NCBI GenBank assembly: GCA_024137785.1 | Contig: JAHRHZ010000150.1 | Span: 631,627-695,626, forward strand | From: Ginglymostoma cirratum | Taxonomy: Eukaryota | DNA: 64,000 nt | Direction of reading: 5' to 3' | In this document: piece by piece, positions 53,170 to 62,329 of the stretch | Layout: every line of letters starts with the position of its first letter | Numbering within the stretch: the stretch's first letter is position 1 | The notes under the pieces: model-generated | Seen by the model: the letters and a program-made list of their open reading frames with translations, nothing else | Database searches by the model: none | Told to the model about the DNA's origin: nothing | Position numbers and translations under genes: made by a program

Positions 53170-53585
53170 CTGCGCAGACACACTATCAAACATTTTATTT
53201 CAGACCAGAACACCTCGATTTATAAAAGGCTGTCTTCGTCTCTCAATTACATATTCAATTAATCATCTTCCATCATCTTCAGTTCTAATCTCTTGTTACT
53301 GCCAACTCAACTGATGAATTGGCTTTGATTATCTTAAGTATACAATTTGAAATTTTGCCCTGCTATTAATGCTGTCCTGCTAACTATCAATCCAATGAGT
53401 CACTGAGAAATAAAGTAAGGTGGAGTTAAATTTTCACAGCAAATGGTGTCTGGGGAATAAGATAGCAAGAGGGTATGGTGTTTTAAATCATATGCAGCAG
53501 AGAAATTGCCTCCACAAGTGTCATTGAATTGCATGCCGTTCACAGACGGAGCCAGTGACAGATGACAGGATCATGATGCATGAAG
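53170..53585 (+). pseudogene. Orphan TRBV promoter and leader stub (ATGATGCATGAAG) truncated at a Penelope element
   Basis: Collinear with 54520-54925 and 58020-58436; ATG at 53573; Penelope sequence begins at ~53586. Confidence 0.8.
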
Positions 53586-54500
53586 GGGTAGTGGGAACTG
53601 CCGAAGCTGGGGAAACTGAGATAACAAGGTGTACAGCTGGATGAACACAGCAGGTCAAGCAGGATCGGAGGAGCAGGAAAGCTGACGTTTCGGATCTAGA
53701 CCCTTCTTCAGAAATGGGGGAGGGGAAAGGGATTCTGAAATAAGTCGGGAGAGAGGGGGAGGCAGATAGAAGATGGGTAAAGGAGAAGGTAGATGGAGAG
53801 GAGACAGATAGGTCAAGGAGGCAGGGATGGAGCCAGTAAATGTGAGTGTAGGTGGGGAGTTAAGGAGGGGATAGGTCAGTCCAGGGAGGACGGACAGGTC
53901 AAGGCGGCAGCATGAGGCTGATAGGTAGGAGATGGGGTGGGACTTGAGGTGGGAGGAGTGGATAGGTGGGAGGAAGGACAGGTTACGGAGGCGGGGACGA
54001 GGTGGGATGATATTGGGATGCGGTTGGGGGAGGGGAGATTTTGAAGCTTGTGAAGTCCACATTGATACCATTGGGCTGCAGGGTTCCCTGCAGGAGAATA
54101 TTCAAGGAGAATATGAGTTGCTGTTCCTGCAACCTTCAGGTGGCATCGTTGTGGCACTGCAGGAGGCCCAAGATGGACATGTCGTCCAAGGAGTGGGAGT
54201 TGAAATGGTTCGCGAATGGGAGGTGCAGTTGTTTAGTGCGAACCGAGTGAAGGTGTTCTGCAAAGCGGTCCCCAAGCATCCGCTTGGTTTCCCTGATGTA
54301 GAGGAGGCCACAACGGGAACAGTGGATGCAGTATACCACATTAGCAGATGTGCAGGTGAACATCTGTTTGATGTGGAAGGTCTTCTTGGGGCCTGGGATG
54401 GGGGTGAGGGGGAGTGTAGGGGCAGGTGTAGCACTTCCTGTGGTTGCAGGGAAAAGTGTTGGGGTTGGTGGGGCTGGTGGGGAGTGTGGCATTCGTCCCA
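53586..54500 (-). mobile_element. Penelope 3' end (GIY-YIG + pLTR with hammerhead core)
   Basis: FTCTSANVVYCIHCSRCGLLYIRETKRMLGDRFAEHLHSVR; core at ~53680-53715. Confidence 0.92.
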
Positions 54501-54913
54501 CGCCACCATAGAAAGTTGCCGTTATTCAACTCAGAATAGACTTTAAGACAATACATTTCTGATCACAACACCTCGCTGTATATGAGTTGCTCGTTCACAC
54601 CTTCAATCAATTAATTTCCATCATCTTCAATGTCTTGACGACAACCCTTTGGAAGAATTATCTTTACTTATCTAAACTATACAATCCTCTTTGAAATTTG
54701 AGCCCTGCCGTTAAGGGTGCCCTGTTCACTGTCAAACCAATGCGTATCAATCCAATATGGAGACTAAGCTACGTTTCACAGCAAATGATGCGGGTGAGTG
54801 AGACAGCCACCGGAAGTGGTGTATTTAATCAGATTTTGCAGAGGAACTGCCTTCACAAGTGTCATTCGACTGCACGCTGTTCACAGAGGAAGCCAGTATT
54901 AAACGACAGGATC

Positions 54914-55638
54914 ATGCTGCATGAAGTCTATTATCTCATCTGGATGTTTGCACTGCCCCCACGTTCGTTAAGGTAGCACCAGGAATGGAACAATGTATTG
55001 TCCAATCAGCTGCTTAGTAAGTCATTGATCCGATTCTCACTCCTGATCCAGAAGATGGAATTCAAGGCTGACATTCCAGGCATCATTTCTGAGAATCTAG
55101 CTTTGCTCAGAATGGGTGCAACACTTTCAACAGTGCCCAAACATTTAAGTATAGCTTACTTCATTGCCTGTAATGCTGTTGGAAAATGAGTTTTTAGGTA
55201 TCTTCGATATTAGCGCAATCCCTCTGTTTAAATGCAGCCATTGTACAAATCAATTATGGTCATAAATTTGAATCTATTCCAATTCAGATTCTACAGGAAT
55301 TCTGGCCTCTTCCGAGGAGCAGTCTCCTTCCATCATGGCGATTGCGGTGGGTACTTCAAGAGAAGATTCCGGTAACACTTAGATGCACGCTGAAGGATCC
55401 TGGCTATCTCCAAACAAAATGGTGCATACAACAAGCAGACCTGGCAACAGAAGCTCTATTCTACTCTGTTGGAGCAGGACTGGTTGGAAATTACACATTC
55501 GAGTCTTTTCCGAGCATAAGACTTAGCCAAACACTGCCTATTTTAAAACTTGAGAGGTTCCTCACCGTTTCACACTGCTATTTCTGTGTAAGCAGTAGTG
55601 AACAACGTTTGAGAAATTCTTTGCAAGCTACAGAGAAA
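54914..55638 (+). pseudogene. TRBV-like pseudogene 2 (leader + V exon + decayed RSS)
   Basis: Leader MLHEVYYLIWMFALPP 54914-54962 with weak gttcgt donor; V exon from 55297; net +13-nt insertion gives TAG at 55380; alternate frame LRCTLKD...LFYSVGAG...YFCVSSS; RSS aacaacg-22-acagagaaa. Confidence 0.9.
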
Positions 55639-57559
55639 AAAAAACGCATCCAACCCCAGCGACGTTCAGGACTTATTTCTTACCAGCAGGTGGTGTCAGA
55701 TGATTGATGTTTGGGGCGCATTTTACATGAAAAGGTGAAGAATCGGAGAAAGGGGCGGAGAGAAGATAGAACTCAGGTCATCTTTTCATTCCCAGCGCTT
55801 TGAGAGAGCTCGTCTGTAAATCACAATCTCCGCCACTCCTTGCCCCGTAAACTCGAGAAACTTTTCCCTTCATATGTTTAACAATCTTTTTTTTAAAGTC
55901 ATTATTAATTCAGATTCCAGAATTTTTATAAAGCAGCCTTGCTTTCAGGGTAATTATGAAATGTTACTCACATGGAACATCTCATCTCTCCCACTCACAG
56001 GGCCTCCCCAATCAGGCTGATCCTTTTCCCGTCGAGGGGAAATAAATGTCTCTGATGATCATCCTTCATCGCGCTGTAAGGACATTCCGCTCAAATGTTT
56101 CACTTCCGCAATTTCGACGTCTCAAAGCTATCTCTCCTTAAACATTTCTGCACTATCGAATTTTGCTGCACAGGGAGAACAAGTCAAACCATACCAGTCT
56201 CACTATCACTGAATTTGCAACACAGAGAATTTAAAATATTCAGAGTTGCAACTCTCAAAACTGTTTAATTGCTTGTATCCAGACTTTATAAATAATTGAT
56301 GTTGGATATGAAGTTTATAACTTAAATAATAATGAGCAAATTATTATTAGCGATGTAACGTTAGCAGAACATAGAAAAAAAATACACAAGGCTGTCTAAG
56401 CCCAATCTTCTTCAATATGAAACACCATTGCCACACCGACAGACGGACATAATTAAGAGATAAATGAAAACAGCAGATAAAAGAATCATAAGTTGCCAAC
56501 TGGACAACCATTTCAACAGCACGTGCCACTCTTTCATGAAATTCTTTGACGATGGGTTGTATCAGAAGCAAGCGGCAATACATGTCTTCCTTGAATTTTG
56601 AAGTCACTCGTTTATGCAAACAGCACTGGATCTCTGGACTCTCACGTATTTGCTGCAGACTGGTGTTGTTCCTCAGAACTTGCAACGCGTCATTAACTGA
56701 TTAATATCTAGAAAGAGATAGGAAACACGCACAGAAAAAAACCTTATCTATCAGCTTCCAAAGTAAAGAAAATAATAATCTGCCTCATGGCCATAATGCC
56801 AATTCAGAAGCAATTCAGTCTCTGTTCTCTCATTGTTGCTCGACATTCTTTGTGGCTGACTGGCCAGCGCTGATCCACCCTTGATTGACAATTCAAAACC
56901 CACCAACTCCCAGTCTCTCCGGCGGGTTCACAGCTAATTTTAACCAACTTACCCCGATCTAACCTGAATGTGACTCCAGTCACACAACAACGCGACTCAA
57001 TACTAAGTTTCCTCTGAAATGGACTACGATGAGACTCAGTGACATTTCCATAATACATTCCTCCACAGTCCAATACCGGAATAAAGCAAAGGAGCAAATT
57101 CAGCATCCAAACTTTGGGATAATTTCCTTGAGAAATGAATATTTTCAGCGTCACTTGCCAAAAATTTCGCCACATGCAGAGCAGCGATCCCTCTGTATTT
57201 CTTCTCTGACAATGCATCTTTCCTTTAATCCGCGCCCAGTGAATTAATTTGAAGAATCACTCCGTCAGACATTGGTGAAATAAGCCTTCCCGCATGGTAC
57301 AAGGAAACACTTTGACCAAAAAAAAGTCGTGTATTTCACAAAACAACAGGATCCCACTAAATAGAAGTAGACCACGAGGCTGCTCCTGTCAATTTGAGCT
57401 CTTTAGATGAGACCAAAGCAATGCATTGCATCCTGTCTTCACAATTTTCCGGTGTTATCTTACTCGTAAGTGTCCTTTCAAATGTGTCGTTGATATTTAT
57501 TACAAATAACACATTTTCTATTTTAAAAATCATCAGTTCAAACATTGCCCCAGTTATGG

Positions 57560-57850
57560 CGACCACAAAACTGTCATTGTGTAGCAGAAACACATATCTG
57601 GTTCACTGACGCACTTCAGGTGAGGAAATCTGCCGTCCTGACCTGGCCTGGAGTACATGTATGTGCAGAACCGCAGCAATAGGGCTGACTCTGAGCTGAC
57701 CTCTGAAATGGGCCAGCGAGCCTACCAGTTTCCCAAAACCGCAACAGAATAGAACCGGAAGATTTAAGAACGCCTCTCATCATTCCCTTTTCAAAGACAA
57801 TTTGGATGATAAATGTTATTCCAGACAGCTAAACCCACATCCCAGGAAAG
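57560..57850 (+). mobile_element. Old Deu-domain SINE embedded in V cassette (paralogs ~47905-48200 and ~61050-61335)
   Basis: aaactgtcattg...ctggttcact...ggaaatctgccgtcctgacctgg...ctctgaaatgg...ataaatg at the same relative position in three cassettes. Confidence 0.75.
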
Positions 57851-58314
57851 AATGAAATGAGTGGTCACCACTCTGTCCAGACTCTGGTTTACCAGTGTCG
57901 ATATGAAGTTATGAAACGGAGACTTTGTCCCTGTGACCAGTTCACTACTCCCCAACTGCTCTCTCACTCGTTCCTGTTGTTTCTCTTTTGAGGTATTTAT
58001 TCAAAGCTGTTTTGAAATTTGCCGTTATTCCACTCAGACCACACTTTCAGACGATGAACTTCAGACCAGAATTTACCAATCTCTTAATCTCCCATTTACA
58101 CTTAGAATCAATTATAATTCCATCATCTGAAATGTCTGGAATATTATTACTAACAACACAATGAATGAATTGCTTATCTAAACTGTCCCATTCCTCTTGA
58201 AATTTGAGCCCTGCTGTTAACACTGGCCTCTCGTCTGTCAATCCAACTATTCAGTGAAAATATAGTGGAATGGAGCATTATGTGTTAAAGAAAATGGTGT
58301 CGGGGCAATGAAAC

Positions 58315-58423
58315 AGCAACCGGATGTCGTGTATTTAATCAGCTGCAACACGGAAACTGCGCTCACAGGTGCCATTGGACTGCACTCCGTTCACACAGGG
58401 AGCCAGTGTTATATGAAAAGATC
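58315..58423 (+). promoter_or_regulatory. Putative TRBV promoter: ETS site, TATA-like box, E-boxes
   Basis: ccggatgt 58320, tatttaa 58332, cagctg 58340, caggtg 58366; counterparts ccggaagt, tatttaa, caagtg at 54810-54861. Confidence 0.55.
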
Positions 58424-58472
58424 ATGCTGCATGAAATCTATCATCTCGTCTGGATATTGGCACTGTCCCCAG
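58424..58472 (+). CDS. TRBV: TCR beta V leader exon (L-PART1)
   Basis: MLHEIYHLVWILALSP-g|gtaag, 49 nt, phase 1; homologous to leaders at 54914 and 53573. Confidence 0.85.
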
Positions 58473-58982
58473 GTAAGATAAAGACACACCGTGAGTGGAA
58501 CAATGTATTGTTAAATGAGCTGTAGTTCACTCGATAGCGTTCTCCCGTCTGGTCTTAGGCCTGACTCTCAATCTTGATCCTGAAGCCGGAAATCAAGGCT
58601 GACACTCCACACATCATTACCGAGGGTGGTCTGCAATTTTAATTGGTTCACACAATGCTAAACAGGACTTCAGTTGGAGACAATGACTACATTTTCCTCT
58701 TCAGAGAAAAACAAGCCCAGCTTCAAAATTTCAATGTGGAAGTACCTTTCGAAAATAACATATCCGTTGACCAATAAACATTAGAATTATTGAACAACGC
58801 TTTGCTTAAAGTGATCGTGATGACTTTTAACAGTGAACTGACAACTGAAAAGAAGAATTTGCACCCTATTTAAAATGGTTGTTTATCGTGATAGGTTTTA
58901 CATCCAAGAAATTACTGCTTCAATGAATGTCCTAATGAATGATTGCTATAAATTTGAATCTATTCCATTTTAGATCCGATAG

Positions 58983-59276
58983 GAACTCTGGCTCCCTACG
59001 TGGAGCAGTCTCCTTCCATCGTGTCGATTTCAGGAGGACACTCAGCTACACTCAAGTGCACGCTGAAAGATACTGGCTATCTCCGAATGTACTGGTACAG
59101 ACAGCAAACAGGCCGGGCAGTAGAAGCTTTATTCTTTTCAGTTGCAGCAGGGGTTGTTACAAATTACACATTTGAATCTCATCAGGCCACAAGACCCACT
59201 GATACTCTGTTCATTCTGGAACTGAGAACTGCCTTACCGTCTCACACGGGTGTCTATTTTTGCGCGTGCAGCAGTG
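58983..59276 (+). CDS. TRBV: T-cell receptor beta-like variable segment, apparently functional
   Basis: Acceptor tag| at the position of cag| in paralogs; in frame with the leader: GTLAPYVEQSPS...ATLKC...MYWYRQQ...LFFSVAAG...GVYFCACSS; Cys-Trp-Cys spacing 12 and 56. MYWYRQ and the CASS-like end favour beta. Confidence 0.88.
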
Positions 59277-59315
59277 CACAGCGTTTGAGAAAGCGTCTTT
59301 GCATTAACAAAAACC
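59277..59315 (+). other. 23-bp-spacer recombination signal sequence
   Basis: CACAGCG (59277-59283) + 23 nt + ACAAAAACC (59307-59315). Confidence 0.95.
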
Positions 59316-61534
59316 TGCATCCAACCCCGGGGCATTAAGGACTCATTTTCCACCAGTAGGTGAGGATAGACGATTGATGTTAAGGGTACATTTTCTGCGA
59401 CCAGATTATGAATAAGATAATTAAGAGGATACAGTCTGGAATTCAGTCAAGTTTATCCCTCTCAAGGCTTTGAGATAACGCTCCTGTCGATTACAATCTC
59501 ACCTTGTGCTTCTCTAATAAACTGGTGAATTGTTACCATTGACTTATTTACTTAATCCCATTCTAACATGATTAATAAACCCATTTCCAGAACATTCTGT
59601 CAGGCAGCGTCGCATTCAAAATCATAATAAATTCTTCGTCACTGGGAACATCGCCAACCTCCACTCACTGGAACTCCCCCCGCCCCAAACACCCACCTCG
59701 CCCCCAATGGGGGTGATCATTTTTCCATTAGTGGAATTTACTGTCTCTGATGGTGGTGCCTTATCCCACTGAAAGCAGATTCCCTTTTTTCAAAAAAGGT
59801 AACTTTCAACATTCTGAGCACTCAAGCCTATCTCACCTGAAGGCCCCCTGAATTGCAGTGAACATCTGCAAATTCTTCCGATTCTGCGCATCATTCATCT
59901 TTGGCCCCCGCCCCGATGCCAGACTATTGAACCCCTTCCGCAGAAATTTCCTGCATGCTACAAAAAAATCGCACAACAACAGCAAGTAGACAGTGCCTCC
60001 CTACCCTTCACACCGAACTCCCTTACTCACCGAATTCCCAAGGATTTCACTCTGCTCCAACGCTTTTGTTCCAGTGCAGCTTCACTTCCTGTTTACTGTA
60101 ATGGAATGCAGCTAACTTCAATTACTGGCAGCTAACGAGCAAGATTTTGTCTGTAACTTCAGTGTCCTACTCTCATTCTTTCCAGCACAGCGATTGACCA
60201 TTTCAGCCCAAGTCAGAAAGATCCCCAAAACAGCAAATCGGATTCATGTGAGAATTTCCTGCAAGTATAGAGCTGTGTTGAATGAAAAGAGACTGACTGT
60301 GAAAGTGCTTGGAAGTCACTTGCTGACAAAATTCACAAGAATTTCTCTCCATTCAACTGGACTCCACGATCCTGGATTTAGTAATCCATTTTCAAACACT
60401 GAAATTCAGATTACATCTTTGGCAGGTTCACAGCTAATTACGCCCGACATTTCACGATCTGGTCCATATATAGGCCCAGAAACACTATAATGCTGTTTAG
60501 ATGGACTTTTCATTGAAATGGGTTAGTAACCCCTACAGCAACCTTCATGAATTTGTCGCACCGCCGTCCAATTCCACAATTAAGCAAACTTTCAGGTGCA
60601 AACCTCAAGCTATGAAATCGCTGTTTGAGAGAATATTGCTTTCAACATCACCTGCCAAACAGCAAAGCAGCGCTTCCTTGTCTTTGCTTCTCTGACAGTG
60701 CATCGTTCCCCCGGTCCATGCCCAGTGAATTAACTCGAAGAAACACACAGTCACACTTTGTTGGAATAGGGCCTCGCTGCATGGAACAGGGGAACAATTT
60801 TCACCCAAGACTGTTGCATATTTCACAAAAACACAAGATCCTACAGAACAGAACAGAGCCATGAGGCTGTTTCGTTTTCAATGTCAACTGTTTAGATGGG
60901 ATCAGCATAATCCTTTGCACCCTGTCAATAGACCTTCCCAGTCGTATCTTCTTCGTGTCAGTATATAACGCATTTTTAAAAGTGCAGTTGATATATATGT
61001 CAAGTAACTCATTTTTAAAATAAAAAATTCCAATCTTGATCTAGCCATAGTGATCACGAAACTGTCATTGTGAATTACAAACACGCATCTTGTTCTTTGA
61101 TGCCTTTCAGGGGAGAGAATGTGCCATGTTGATCTGGTCTGGAGGACATGTAACTCTAGACCCACAGCAACTGGTTGACTGAATTTTCTCTGAAATGGCT
61201 CAGCAAGCCATTTGTACAAAGCTGTGACAGAATAAAGCGCAACACTTCAAGAAGTGTCTAATCAACATCTTCTCAAGGACAATTCCGGATGGACAACAAA
61301 AGTTAGGATAACTAATACATCCACATCCCAGGATGAAACTAAACAAGTTGTCCCATTGTCTTCTGAATTCCATTTTTTTCTCTCCCTGAAATCTCGGGTT
61401 TACCAATCGTTGTTTGGATTTACAGCCAATGGTCTTTTTAATGGTATTTATTCGATTTTCCCCACCTGCTCTGCCCCCTTTCATACATTGATCCAAATTT
61501 GGTTCGAAAGTTAGAATCGTGGACTCCCTACAGT

Positions 61535-61832
61535 TGTGGGTGCAGGCCATTCATGTTATCGAGTTCATACTGACTTCCAGAGAGCATCCCACCCAGATCC
61601 ACTCACCACCCCTTCACCCTATTCTTGTAATCCTGCGTTCCCCATGGCCGATCAATCCAGTTTGCACATCGCTGGGCAGAATTGTCAACTGAGCACAGCC
61701 GATCCAACTAACATGCAAATCTATGGAAAGTGCGAGGAAACTCATACAGAGAATGTAGATAAGTCCACACAAAAAGTTACCACCCGAGTGTGGATTCGAA
61801 CCTCGGCCTCTGGTTCTATAAGGCAATAGCAC
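61535..61832 (-). mobile_element. HE1-type V-SINE, decayed
   Basis: Reversed tail ctccctacag...aggccattc; B-box ggttcgaatcc at ~61792-61803. Confidence 0.7.
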
Positions 61833-62063
61833 AAATCATTGAGTTCCACTCAGACAGCACCATCCGACATTACATTCCAAATCCAAGCATCTCAATATAC
61901 ATATATAAATTTAACAATGTCTAGATATTTAGGGAAAATGTGGTTATATGTGTTGCTTTGGGGTATGACACATTCGATTGCAACGCAAACACTTTATTCA
62001 AATGCAGCTCTTCTAACGATTTTTTGCCAGAAATTTGAATCGATTCCATTCTACATTGGACAG

Positions 62064-62329
62064 GAATTCTGGCCTCCTATCTGTAGCGGTCTCCTTCTAG
62101 CATGTCGATTGCAGGAGGACACTCGGCTACACTCAGATGCACGCTGTATAATACAGATTGCAGCTACATGTACTGGTACAGGCAAGAAACAAACGGGGCA
62201 ATAGAGGCTTTATTCTACTCTGGTATAGCAGGAGCGGTGCGAAATTACATATCCGAGTCTGATCAGGCCAAAACACACAATGAATTGCTGCTTAGTTTTG
62301 AACTGAGAGCTGCCGTTCCATCTTACATG
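62064..62329 (+). pseudogene. TRBV-like pseudogene 3 (early TAG; truncated by CR1 before the second Cys)
   Basis: cag|ga ILASYL* (TAG 62084) then ..GGHSATLRCTLYNTDCSYMYWYRQETNG..LFYSG...ELRAAVPSY, fused to CR1. Confidence 0.9.

Noticed and set aside
53932-54546. 204-aa plus-strand ORF
   Set aside because: Antisense reading of a Penelope GIY-YIG/pLTR region.
58983-59315. Non-rearranging IgSF, IgH or IgNAR V interpretation
   Set aside because: A canonical 23-RSS indicates rearrangement; MYWYRQ, LFYSVGAG-like CDR2, CASS-like end, no octamer seen and no nearby D/J (as shark Ig clusters would have) favour TRBV.
61917-61968. Apparent alternative 46-nt leader MSRYLGKMWLYVLLW-g|gtatga upstream of pseudo-V 3
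   Set aside because: Not homologous to the family leader, lies in intron-like sequence, and the V exon has a stop six codons in; likely chance.
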